Shown here: positions 33,160 to 42,341 of the stretch, in pieces
Layout: every line of letters starts with the position of its first letter
Numbering within the stretch: position 1 is the first letter of the stretch
Assembly: GCA_017541305.1 (NCBI GenBank)
Contig: JAFXZJ010000033.1
Coordinates: forward strand, 25,978-89,977
Reading direction: 5' to 3'
DNA length: 64,000 nt
Source: Clostridia bacterium
GTDB taxonomy: Bacteria; Bacillota; Clostridia; Christensenellales; CAG-138
The notes under the pieces: generated by a model
The model's input: the letters and a program-made list of their open reading frames with translations, nothing else
Databases searched by the model: none
Told to the model about the DNA's origin: nothing
Translations under genes and position numbers: made by a program

Positions 33160-35177
33160 TTTCTGGTCCTTTGTTTAGCTTTTTTCCTGCTGCCAACCGT
33201 GCCGGGCGCGGGCTTTTGAGAACCGTCCGTCTCCTTGCCCTGCAGCCTGTAAAGCTCGTCGCGCAGTTTTGCCGCTTGCTCGAACTCAAGCTCGAGTGCC
33301 GCCTGCTTCATCTGCTCGGTGATTATCGCTATACGCTCCTCAAGCTCGGCGGAAGGCACGGTGGACGCGTTCTTGGCTTTGGAGCTGATCTCTATCACGT
33401 CATGCACGGCCTTTTTTATGCTCTGAGGAGTGATGCCGTGCTCTTCGTTGTATTTCATCTGTATCTCGCGGCGGCGGTTCGTCTCGGTGATAGCGCGGTC
33501 CATGGAATCTGTTATGGAATCCGCATACATTATCACCCTGCCGTCAACGTTTCGAGCCGCCCTGCCCACCGTCTGCACGAGCGACGTGGTGGATCTGAGG
33601 AAGCCCTCTTTATCGGCGTCGAGTATAGCCACAAGGCCTACCTCGGGAAGATCGAGGCCTTCTCTTAAAAGATTGATACCGACGAGCACGTCGAATTCGC
33701 CCAGGCGCAGATCGCGTATTATTTCCATTCGCTCGATCGTTTCGACGTCGGAATGCATATAGCGCACCTTCACGCCGAAGCCTTCAAGGTATTCAGTGAG
33801 CATTTCGGCCATGCGTTTTGTGAGAGTGGTGACAAGCGTGCGATAGCCCTTCTGAGCGGTCAGGCGTATCTCGCCAAGCAGATCGTCCACCTGGCCTTCA
33901 ACGGGCCTTATCTCAATATAAGGATCCACAAGCCCAGTGGGCCTTATGATCTGTTCCGCTACCTGAGAAGCCCTTGAGAGCTCGTATTCGGCGGGAGTGG
34001 CGCTGACGCATATGAGCTGGCCTATGCGCTGTTCGAATTCATCAAACGTCAGCGGGCGGTTATCATAGGCCGAAGGAATGCGGAAGCCGTATTCCACAAG
34101 CTCCGTCTTCCTTGAAAGATCGCCCCGGTACATAGCCCTTATCTGAGGCAGCGTGACGTGGGATTCGTCGATTATGGTAAGGAAACCCTTGGGGAAATAA
34201 TCGATCAGTGTGAAAGGAGGCTGCCCGGGCTTTCTGCCGTCGAAATAGCGGGAATAGTTCTCTATGCCCTGGCAATAGCCTATTTCGCGCATCATCTCCA
34301 TATCGAAAGTGGTGCGCTGCTCTATCCTTTGAGCCTCAAGCAGCTTGTTCTGCGCCTTGAACTCGTCAACGCGCTTCATCATGTCCTGCTTTATTTCCTC
34401 AAGCGCGGCTTCGGTCTTTTCCTGATCGGCGGCATAATGCGTCGCGGGGAATATTATGACGTGAGCAAGCGTCCTTACCGGAACGCCGTTCACAACGGTT
34501 ATCTCGGATATGTTCTCTATCTCGTCGCCAAAGAGCTCGATGCGGTAGGCGCGCTCCTTCTCGTTCATCGGAAACACTTCGATAACGTCGCCCTTGACGC
34601 GAAATGTGCCGCGTGAGAAATCAAGCTCGTTCCGCTGATACTGCATCTCAACAAGCTTTCGAAGGAAAGCGTCTCGGTCGATCTGCATTCCTATGCGAAG
34701 CGATATGCTCATGCGCAGGTATTCTTCGGGATCGCCGAGAGCGTAAATGCACGAAACCGACGCGACTATTATAACGTCCTTCCGTTCGTTAAGAGCACAG
34801 GTGGCGCTGTGACGAAGGCGATCGATCTCCTCGTTTATGGAGGAATCCTTCTCTATGTACGTATCGGTCGAAGGAATGTAGGCCTCGGGCTGATAGTAAT
34901 CATAGTAGCTGACGAAATACTCTACGGCAGAATCGGGAAAGAACTCCTTAAGCTCGGAGCAGAGCTGTGCCGCAAGAGTCTTGTTGTGTGCGATAACAAG
35001 CGTGGGCCTCTGCACCTTTTCGATAACCTTTGCCATAGTAAACGTCTTGCCCGAGCCGGTAACGCCCAAAAGCACCTGCAGCCGGTCGCCTCTTTCAACG
35101 CCCTCCGCAAGTTTCTCTATCGCCTGAGGCTGATCGCCCGTCGGTTCAAACGGCGATACCGTTTTGAATACGTCCAT
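33156..35177 (-). CDS. uvrB: excinuclease ABC subunit B
   Basis: [12 protein letters not shown] and C-terminal UVR motif. ATG at 35177 has better SD spacing (9 nt after AGGAG) than the listed ATG at 35183. Stop overlaps the uvrA start. Confidence 0.97.
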
Positions 35178-35325
35178 TATCATTTGCTCCTATATGATCT
35201 CATTTTACATTATACCACTGAAACGCTTCGAATAAAAGGATTATTTTGCTTTTAAGGCATAATAAAGAACGGAGCCTCCTTATCAGGAAGCCCCGACGGC
35301 AATGCCTATTATGCTTTGATCGTGA

Positions 35326-36156
35326 TCAGGCTTTCTTTGCGATCGTCTTTTCGCCATAGCGAACGAGCATGACGATAGCCGGGCAAAGTATCAGGTTGAC
35401 GGCCAGCTCAAATATAAAGTTGAAGCCGACAAGACCGACGATCATGAAAGTGCCCACGTCGGTGTTCCCCGCCATTTCGCGAATGGTGGGCATGAAGAAT
35501 ACAAGACAGCCGAGAAGGAACACGCCGGTGTTCACAACGGGGCAAATTATCGCGGAAGCGAACACCGCGGAGGATACGTTGATCTTTACCTTCTTCACAA
35601 GCACGAATACAAGGAGCAAAATGCCGAGAACGAGCAGTATGCTGCCGATTATTATAAAGAAAGTGGAAGCGCTTGCGGCGGACTTCATGGTCTCGTCCGC
35701 GATCCTCTCAATGGGCTTGCCGCTGTTTATGATGCCGAAATAAAGGCATGCGCCGCCGCCCAGGATAAGCAATACGTTGCTGATTATCATAGCAAGCCTG
35801 CCGCTGGTCTCCTTGCGGGAGAAGAGCTTGTAAACAAGGCCCGCAAGCGTGCCGGCAAGAACGCCCTTCAAAATAACGGTAACGATCGTGCCGAAGGGAT
35901 TCACCGCAAGAAAGAACGAAGCGTCGCCGGAAAGAAGCACTACTACGCCGAATACGAAGCCGAGCCACGCGCCCGCACCGACACCGTAAAGCGCGGCGCC
36001 TACGACGATTGGCATAAGAACGAGCGAAATGGAGAATGTGCCGAATTTGATGAACGAGCCCACCAGCTGAAGCACCACTACGATGGCGGTCAGAAGGCCG
36101 AGACCTACAAGGGTCTTGGTGTAGTTAGCGGTCTTGGAACGATTGGAAGTGCCCAT
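35326..36156 (-). CDS. polytopic membrane protein, ECF-transporter S-component-like
   Basis: 276 aa, almost entirely hydrophobic helices. The N-terminal pattern resembles ECF S components. The substrate cannot be told. No riboswitch-sized leader. Confidence 0.55.
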   Translation of the reverse strand: MGTSNRSKTANYTKTLVGLGLLTAIVVVLQLVGSFIKFGTFSISLVLMPIVVGAALYGVGAGAWLGFVFGVVVLLSGDASFFLAVNPFGTIVTVILKGVLAGTLAGLVYKLFSRKETSGRLAMIISNVLLILGGGACLYFGIINSGKPIERIADETMKSAASASTFFIIIGSILLVLGILLLVFVLVKKVKINVSSAVFASAIICPVVNTGVFLLGCLVFFMPTIREMAGNTDVGTFMIVGLVGFNFIFELAVNLILCPAIVMLVRYGEKTIAKKA

Positions 36157-36248
36157 TTGGATCCTCCTGAATGAATATGATTGGCTTTATATGCCATTGC
36201 GAATTATACACAAAAAACGTTGCGGTGTAAAGCACCTAATCAAATATA

Positions 36249-36914
36249 TTAGATAGGCTCGACCGTCACTTTAAGTATGCCGTCCGAAGCATTGTATTCC
36301 AGCTCGATCATGCGCGCTCCACATATTACGCTTGCCTTTTTAGCGCCGCCGGATAAGAGCATAACAAGTTTTTCATCAAGCGATTTCCGCAGTTCGGCCG
36401 AGTCCCTGTCAAGCGTAAGCGCGGATATGATATCGGAAAGCTCGCCGGCAAGCGCTGAGCAATCATACGAGATCTCGGCTTCCGGCTGCTCGGTCCTGTC
36501 CACTATGAATATGCTTTCGGTCACGTCCGGCGTTGTTATGACTGCATACCTTCCCGCATCTGCGTTTCTGACGATACGCAGGCAGGTTTCACCGGAGCTC
36601 AGATAAGCGATCACGGTAACGTCGGCGCCGTCCGTCGGGCTTTTAAAGAACAGCGAAGCGCTGTCCGCGCCTTCGTTTATCTCACCGTTAAACCGTTTGT
36701 AAAGGCTTTCTATCAGCTCGGAGCAGGGCGACACGGTCGGTGCGGGAGTTTCCGTCGTCTGCGGCGCGGAAGTATCCTTCACCCTGTTCTTTCCAAGCAC
36801 GGCGCTGATCAATATGAATGCGGAAACGGCTATAACGCATACGATGGGAATAACTGCTTTCTCGATGCGTATGCGCTTTTCGACCTTTTCTTTTTCACCG
36901 GGCGTCCTCGGCAT
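36249..36914 (-). CDS. hypothetical membrane-anchored protein (221 aa)
   Basis: Single N-terminal TM helix (VIPIVCVIAVSAFILISAVL) followed by a Thr/Pro linker. No assignable motif. Confidence 0.6.
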   Translation of the reverse strand: MPRTPGEKEKVEKRIRIEKAVIPIVCVIAVSAFILISAVLGKNRVKDTSAPQTTETPAPTVSPCSELIESLYKRFNGEINEGADSASLFFKSPTDGADVTVIAYLSSGETCLRIVRNADAGRYAVITTPDVTESIFIVDRTEQPEAEISYDCSALAGELSDIISALTLDRDSAELRKSLDEKLVMLLSGGAKKASVICGARMIELEYNASDGILKVTVEPI

Positions 36915-36968
36915 ATTTCACCTCTTAGAAAGGGCGCGCTTCGATCGAAACGCGCCCCGGGCATGTGT

Positions 36969-39374
36969 TTACACCATAACAACGTTGACTATGTTCTTTA
37001 TGGCTATGAACTTTTTGAGGGTCTTTCCCTCGATCCACGGAGAGAGTTCCGGGTTGTTGAGCACCAGCTCCTGCAGATCCTCCTTAGAGATATCGGCGGG
37101 AACGGTCATCCTGGTGCGGAGCCTGCCGTTGACCTGGATGCCCAGTTCCTGCTCGTTCTTAACGAGCGCGGCCTCGTCCCATACGGGCCACTTGGCCTCA
37201 TAGAGCGGTTCAAAGCCCAGTATCTCGTTCATCTCCTCGGCGATATGCGGCGCGAACGGATCGAGCAGTATGAGAAGCGTGCGCATCTCGTCGCGCGTGA
37301 TGCTCCCGTTGGCGTACACGTCGTTGACGAAGCTCATCATACCGGCGATGGCGGTGTTGAACTTCATGCGCTCGGTATCCTCCGTCACCTTCTTGATGCA
37401 GGTATGGAGCGCGCAGCGCATTTCGGGACGTTCTCCCTCCCCCTTCACCATGTCGAGCATACGCCAGACGCGGTCGAGGAAGCGGCGGCAGCCCATAACG
37501 CCGGTGGTGCTCCACGGAATTGTCTGCTCGAACGCGCCGATGAACATCTCGTACATTCGTACGGTATCGGCTCCGAGGTCGCGGCAGAGGTCGTCGGGAT
37601 TTATCACGTTGCCGAAGGACTTGCTCATCTTGCGGCCGTCCTCGGCAAGTATCATGCCGTGGCTCGTGCGCTTCAAATAGGGCTCGGGACAGCTTACTAC
37701 GCCTATATCATAAAGGAACTTATGCCAGAACCTTGAATACAGCAGATGCAGGGTCGTATGCTCCATTCCGCCATTATACCAATCGACGGGCATCCAGTAA
37801 TCGAGCGCCTCCTTGGAGGCCAGGGCCTTGTCGTTATGCGGATCGCAGTAACGCAGGAAGTACCAGCTGGAGCCGGCCCAGTTGGGCATGGTGTCTATCT
37901 CGCGCTCGGCGGGCGCGCCGCACTTGGGGCAGGTGGTGTGTATCCAATCCGTTGCCCTTGCCAGAGCGGAAGAGCCGTCGTCGGCGGGCTTGTAATTGTC
38001 TATCTCGGGCAGTGTGAGCGGCAGCTGATCCTCGGGAATGGGCACCCAGCCGCAATGCTCGCAGTAAACGAGGGGTATGGGCTCGCCCCAGTAACGCTGA
38101 CGGGAGAAAAGCCAGTCGCGCAGCTTGAAATTGGTCTTCTTGTGACCAATACCCTTGTTCTCGAGGAATTCGACTATCGCCTTCTTGGCTTCCTCGACCT
38201 GCATTCCGTTGAGGAATCCGGAATTTACCATCACGCCGGTCTCGCAGTCGGTAAAGGCTTCCTTCTCAATATCGCCGCCCGCTACGACCTCGATTACGGG
38301 CAGACCGAATTTCCTTGCGAATTCCCAGTCCCTCGTATCATGTCCGGGAACGGCCATGATAGCGCCGGTGCCGTATCCCATCAGAACGTAGTCCGATATC
38401 CACACGGGTATGGGCTCGTCCGTACAGGGGTTTATCGCATAAACGCCCTTCAAAGGCACGCCGGTCTTTTCCTTGGCAAGCTCGCTGCGCTCAAAATCGC
38501 TCTTATGGGCGGCCTGCTCGCGATAAGCCAAAACTTCGTCCATATTCTCGATACGGTTTTTGAGCGTGTCTACGAGCGGATGCTCGGGAGCAACGACCAT
38601 GTAAGTCGCGCCGAACATCGTGTCGGGACGGGTGGTGTAGATCTTGAGTCCCTCGGGATAGCCGTCGATCCTGAAAGTGACCTCCGCGCCGGTGGAGCGG
38701 CCTATCCAGTTTCGCTGAGTGGTCTTGATACGCTCGGCAAAATCGATCTTGTCAAGATCGTCGATAAGCCTGTCGGCATAGGCGGTTATCTTGAGCATCC
38801 ACTGGCTCCTTACCATGCGAACGACGGGCGCGCCGCAGCGCTCGCAGGTGCCGTCGATGACCTCTTCGTTTGCAAGGCCAACCTTGCAGGAGGTACAGAA
38901 ATTGATGGGAAGCTCGGCCTTATACGCCAGCCCTTTTTCGAACAGCTTGAGGAATATCCACTGAGTCCATTTATAATAATCGGGATCGGATGTGTAAATC
39001 TCCCTCGACCAGTCAAAGCTGAGCCCCAGCATCTTCATCTGGCGGCGGAACACCTCGATATTGCGCTCGGTGACCTTTTTGGGATGCTCGCCGGTTTTTA
39101 TGGCGTAATTCTCGGTGGGAAGGCCGAAGCTGTCATATCCTATCGGGAAGAGCACGTTATAACCCTCAAGGCGTTTTTTCCTTGCGATAACGTCAAGCGC
39201 GGTATAGGGACGCGGATGCCCGACGTGCAGGCCCGCGCCGCTGGGGAACGGGAACTCGATCAGCGCATAGTATTTGGGCAAGGTATAATCGTTCTTTGCC
39301 TCAAAACAATGCGCGTCGTTCCATTTTGCCTGCCATTTCTTTTCAATGGCGATATGGTCGTATCTGTCAGCCAT
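36969..39374 (-). CDS. leuS: leucine--tRNA ligase
   Basis: HIGH-type HVGH, KMSKS, editing-domain TTRPDT and GHDTRD. ATG at 39374 after AAGGAG; the ORF-track start at 39443 lies inside the T-box leader. Confidence 0.97.
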   Translation of the reverse strand: MADRYDHIAIEKKWQAKWNDAHCFEAKNDYTLPKYYALIEFPFPSGAGLHVGHPRPYTALDVIARKKRLEGYNVLFPIGYDSFGLPTENYAIKTGEHPKKVTERNIEVFRRQMKMLGLSFDWSREIYTSDPDYYKWTQWIFLKLFEKGLAYKAELPINFCTSCKVGLANEEVIDGTCERCGAPVVRMVRSQWMLKITAYADRLIDDLDKIDFAERIKTTQRNWIGRSTGAEVTFRIDGYPEGLKIYTTRPDTMFGATYMVVAPEHPLVDTLKNRIENMDEVLAYREQAAHKSDFERSELAKEKTGVPLKGVYAINPCTDEPIPVWISDYVLMGYGTGAIMAVPGHDTRDWEFARKFGLPVIEVVAGGDIEKEAFTDCETGVMVNSGFLNGMQVEEAKKAIVEFLENKGIGHKKTNFKLRDWLFSRQRYWGEPIPLVYCEHCGWVPIPEDQLPLTLPEIDNYKPADDGSSALARATDWIHTTCPKCGAPAEREIDTMPNWAGSSWYFLRYCDPHNDKALASKEALDYWMPVDWYNGGMEHTTLHLLYSRFWHKFLYDIGVVSCPEPYLKRTSHGMILAEDGRKMSKSFGNVINPDDLCRDLGADTVRMYEMFIGAFEQTIPWSTTGVMGCRRFLDRVWRMLDMVKGEGERPEMRCALHTCIKKVTEDTERMKFNTAIAGMMSFVNDVYANGSITRDEMRTLLILLDPFAPHIAEEMNEILGFEPLYEAKWPVWDEAALVKNEQELGIQVNGRLRTRMTVPADISKEDLQELVLNNPELSPWIEGKTLKKFIAIKNIVNVVMV

Positions 39375-39387
39375 ATAGATCTCCTTA

Positions 39388-39631
39388 TAAAATAAAACTT
39401 CGCCCCCAAAAGGAGACGAAGATAAATCACTCCGCGGTACCACTCCGGTTGGCGATAAACGCCCGCTCGAATCCGGTTAACGCCCGGAACACGCCCTTCC
39501 TACGTGCATAATGCTTTCTCGGTCGGGAGCTCAGCGGCGAGCTTCGATGCTTTTCCCTTGCCGCCTCACAGCACCGACGGCTCTCTTTGAATGGGTGAAA
39601 CATCTACTTTTCCGCATCACAGCCTTTGACT
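39388..39631 (-). promoter_or_regulatory. T-box leader (Leu) controlling leuS
   Basis: Minus strand shows the T-box sequence AACCGGAGTGGTACCGCGGAG (39433-39446 core). Stem I elements are present: GUGAUG GA-motif, AGUA, AGAGAG bulge and GGUGCUGUGAG distal loop. CUC (39539-39541) lies just 5' of a purine and the closing helix GCGG/CCGC. Terminator hairpin CTTCGTCTCC/GGGGGCGAAG (39398-39421) is followed by TTTTATTTTA. Confidence 0.85.
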
Positions 39632-39637
39632 TTTGCT

Positions 39638-39666
39638 ATTTTACAGCTAAAAGCCTCCCGTGTCAA
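39638..39666 (-). promoter_or_regulatory. sigma-70-like promoter of the leuS T-box leader
   Basis: Minus strand: TTGACA, 17-nt spacer, TAAAAT. Begins 10 nt after the spoVT stop codon. Confidence 0.6.
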
Positions 39667-39675
39667 GCATAAAAT

Positions 39676-40230
39676 TCACGATTCCATCTGCTTTCCCATA
39701 AAACCCGCTGCGGTCTCGCACACCTTTTCCTCGGTTTCACCGAATACGTTCCCCTCGTCCTTTGACAGCAGCACCACAGCGCCTATCGCGTCTCCCGATG
39801 ATATTATGGGAATTATGATCTGCGAATAATACTTTTCGCCGTCGTCCTCCGCCGTCACCCTTACAAGCGCTTTTCCCTCCGAGGCGTTGGCGCAGACCTT
39901 CAGACGCTTTTTCATAACGGCTTCGATCTCTTCATGAACCGGCTTGTCGATGAGCTCGCGCTTGCCTGAGCCGGATACGGCAATAAAGCTGTCCCTGTCG
40001 CAGATCGCAGCCGTGCCTCCGACGGATTGATGCAAAGATTCTACGTATTCCCTTGCAAAATCCGCAAGCTCCCCTATCATCGAATACTTTTTCAGTATCA
40101 CTCCGCCCTCGCGGTCGACGAATATCTCAAGAGGATCTCCCTCCCTTATCCTTAAAGTACGCCTGATCTCCTTGGGTATCACCACTCTGCCAAGCTCATC
40201 TATCCTTCTGACTATTCCGGTTGCTTTCAT
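39676..40230 (-). CDS. spoVT: stage V sporulation protein T (AbrB-type N-domain plus GAF-like C-domain)
   Basis: MKATGIVRRIDELGRVVIPKEIRRTLRIREGDPLEIF swapped-hairpin domain. About 180 aa. ATG at 40230 sits 6 nt after AAGGAG; the listed ATG at 40236 abuts the SD. Confidence 0.85.
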   Translation of the reverse strand: MKATGIVRRIDELGRVVIPKEIRRTLRIREGDPLEIFVDREGGVILKKYSMIGELADFAREYVESLHQSVGGTAAICDRDSFIAVSGSGKRELIDKPVHEEIEAVMKKRLKVCANASEGKALVRVTAEDDGEKYYSQIIIPIISSGDAIGAVVLLSKDEGNVFGETEEKVCETAAGFMGKQMES

Positions 40231-40259
40231 ATGCATCTCCTTGAAAAAGTTTCTTTTGC

Positions 40260-40288
40260 TATTATCGGCAGAAAGTCCCGTTTTATAC
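40260..40288 (-). promoter_or_regulatory. candidate forespore (sigma-G/F-like) promoter of spoVT
   Basis: Minus strand: GTATA, 17-nt spacer, GATAATA, resembling the Bacillus sigma-G/F consensus. Hand-identified. Confidence 0.3.
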
Positions 40289-40316
40289 CGTCAGGGAAAC
40301 TTTACAAAAGTTTTAC

Positions 40317-40369
40317 TTGACATATATATCCGACGCGTCTATAATTGTGCTTAGTCAATAAGCACAATT
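40317..40369 (+). promoter_or_regulatory. consensus promoter with overlapping palindromic operator (YtrA/GntR type)
   Basis: TTGACA (40317-40322), 17-nt spacer, TATAAT (40340-40345). Perfect 11-bp inverted repeat AATTGTGCTTA-N5-TAAGCACAATT (40343-40369) spans the -10 box and start region. Confidence 0.6.
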
Positions 40370-40385
40370 ATTGCAGGAGGCGCAA

Positions 40386-41240
40386 ATGAACATACTTGAA
40401 GTTGAGGGGCTTCGCAAGGAATACCCCGAATTCACGCTCGACAACGTATCCTTCAGCCTTGAGCCCGGCTACATAATGGGGTTCATAGGCCGTAACGGTG
40501 CGGGCAAGACCACCACAATGAAGGCAATGCTGAACCTTATTGGAAAGGACGGCGGCAGGGTGATGATCGACGGGCTCGATTATTCTAAGAACGAGATCGA
40601 GTGCAAAAAGAAGATAGGTTTCATCATGGGTGAATTCGATTACTATAAGCAATCGAAGCTCAAGACGATCGCATGCGTCGTAAAGCGTATGTATGAGGAC
40701 TGGGATGAGGAAGCCTATAAAGGCTACATGAAGCATTTCGGACTGTCGGAGGAGAAGAAGGTCAAGGAGCTATCCGCGGGCATGCGTGTTAAATTCGGTC
40801 TGGCGCTGGCGCTTTCGCATAACGCCAAGCTGCTTATTCTGGACGAACCCACGAGCGGGCTCGATCCGGTCTCGAGGGACGATCTTCTTGACGTGCTGCG
40901 CGGAGTGATCGAAGACGGCACAAGGAGCATACTCTATTCCACGCACATCATATCCGATCTTGAGAAATGCGCCGACTACATAACCTATATCCACGACGGG
41001 CGCATACTGCTCTCGACAGACGTTGTCAGTTTCAAGGAAAAGTACCTGCTTGTATCCGGCGACATGGACGATCTTGCGCGTTATTCAGATATTATTATAG
41101 GTCACAAGGATCACGCTTTCGGCTTCACCGGACTTATCCTTGCCGAGAACAAGGATCGGATCGGAAGCATGAAGACCGCTCCGGCCGATCTCGAATCCAT
41201 AATGATCTATACCGAACAGGAGGCGAGCCTCAATGCGTAA
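40386..41240 (+). CDS. ABC transporter ATP-binding protein
   Basis: Walker A GRNGAGKTT, signature LSAGMRVK, Walker B LLILDEPTSGLD. ATG at 40386 after AGGAGG. Confidence 0.9.
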   Translation: MNILEVEGLRKEYPEFTLDNVSFSLEPGYIMGFIGRNGAGKTTTMKAMLNLIGKDGGRVMIDGLDYSKNEIECKKKIGFIMGEFDYYKQSKLKTIACVVKRMYEDWDEEAYKGYMKHFGLSEEKKVKELSAGMRVKFGLALALSHNAKLLILDEPTSGLDPVSRDDLLDVLRGVIEDGTRSILYSTHIISDLEKCADYITYIHDGRILLSTDVVSFKEKYLLVSGDMDDLARYSDIIIGHKDHAFGFTGLILAENKDRIGSMKTAPADLESIMIYTEQEASLNA

Positions 41241-41913
41241 TCTGCTTTACAAGGAATTCAAGCTCTGCACAACTCCCACCGTATTCATTTTCATGGCGTT
41301 CGTGCTGATGCTTTTGATACCCAACTACATGTATCTCATCCCCGCGTTCTTCCTCTGCAACGCGATCTTTCAGGCATTCCAGCAGGGCGATACCAATAAC
41401 GATCTTTCGTTCACTATGCTCCTGCCCGTAAGCAAGAAGCAGGCGGTCATGGCAAAGTATCTTTACGCTGCGATAATACAGCTTGTGATGCTTTTGCTCT
41501 ATATACCGATGATCCTTTTGAACAACGCCGTCACCCCTCAGCCCAATGAAATGCTCGACGCATGCCCCACCCTTTTGGGAGGCGTTTTGACGGTCTTTGC
41601 GCTGTTCAATCTGATATTCTTCCCCACGTATTACAAAAGGGACTGCAAGCCCGGCAAAGGCTTCCTTATCGCCACGATAGTCATTTTCGTTTGGATTTTT
41701 ACGTTTGAGGGATTCTTCATAGTGTCAAAGGCGTTTGCCGATCAGGTTTGGATATTTAACTGGATCCAGAATAATATCGACTGCATACCGGCAAATTCGG
41801 CGAGTATGACGGCTCAGCTCACGGCGATACTCATAGGGCTGATCATCTATGCGCTTCTGACATTCATATCATTCAAAAAATCCGTCTCAAACCTCGATAA
41901 GGTGAATCTGTGA
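41233..41913 (+). CDS. ABC-2 type transporter permease
   Basis: 226 aa with about 6 hydrophobic helices. Overlaps the ATPase gene by 8 nt. Confidence 0.75.
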   Translation: MRNLLYKEFKLCTTPTVFIFMAFVLMLLIPNYMYLIPAFFLCNAIFQAFQQGDTNNDLSFTMLLPVSKKQAVMAKYLYAAIIQLVMLLLYIPMILLNNAVTPQPNEMLDACPTLLGGVLTVFALFNLIFFPTYYKRDCKPGKGFLIATIVIFVWIFTFEGFFIVSKAFADQVWIFNWIQNNIDCIPANSASMTAQLTAILIGLIIYALLTFISFKKSVSNLDKVNL

Positions 41914-42287
41914 CAGGCCTTACGATAATTCCAAACAGTCCCGTTCCCGCCTATCGGCAGATCTTTGACGGTATCGCCTCAGGTATAATCTCGGGCAGGA
42001 TCGCGGGCGGCACTCCCCTGCCCCCGATCCGCACCGTGGCGAAGGAGCTGGGCGTCAGCGTTATTACCGTGCGCAGCGCATGGGATGCTTTGGAGGCTGA
42101 CGGTCTGATAGTCACAAGGGCGGGAAGCGGCTGCTATGCTGCTGAGCTGACGAGCTTCGAGCTTGAACGTATGCGCCTGAAGGCGTTGGAAAAGCCGCTC
42201 AGAGAGCTTATAAGCTCGGCCAAGCAGCTTGGGATGAGCGTGGATGAATTGATGGAAACAGTAAAAAAGGGCTGTATAGCCCAATAA
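41910..42287 (+). CDS. GntR family transcriptional regulator, short YtrA-like subtype
   Basis: 125 aa. PAYRQIFDGIASGIISGRIAGGTPLPPIRTVAKELGVSVITVRSAW winged HTH. GTG start overlaps the permease stop (GTGA). Confidence 0.85.
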   Translation: MTGLTIIPNSPVPAYRQIFDGIASGIISGRIAGGTPLPPIRTVAKELGVSVITVRSAWDALEADGLIVTRAGSGCYAAELTSFELERMRLKALEKPLRELISSAKQLGMSVDELMETVKKGCIAQ

Positions 42288-42288
42288 A

Positions 42289-42336
42289 CAAAAACCGGGC
42301 GTTGGGAGGATGCTTCCTCCCAACGCCCGGTTTTTT
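42289..42336. terminator. bidirectional terminator
   Basis: 16-bp perfect stem CCGGGCGTTGGGAGGA/TCCTCCCAACGCCCGG flanked by an A-run and a T-run, between convergent genes. Confidence 0.8.
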
Positions 42337-42341
42337 GGTTT

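Noticed and set aside
35184-35325. LexA (Cheo) box or structured element upstream of uvrB
   Set aside because: The closest match (CGAAGCGTTTC on the minus strand) fails the GAAC-N4-GTTC core at several positions. Only an extended -10 promoter is convincing.
36157-36248. Riboswitch upstream of the ECF S-component-like gene
   Set aside because: Only 92 nt separate it from the upstream gene, and these must also hold the promoter and SD. I recognised no conserved riboswitch core (THI box, FMN, preQ1 and so on).
39375-39443. N-terminal extensions proposed by the ORF track (leuS 39443, tgt 704, lpd 12450, ord 23701, uppS 51563, spoIIID 3353, hydrolase 60478, ABC ATPase 40371)
   Set aside because: In each case an internal ATG or GTG has a well-spaced Shine-Dalgarno sequence and yields the N-terminus typical of the family. 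The extension either uses a TTG with no SD or runs through a leader or regulatory element.
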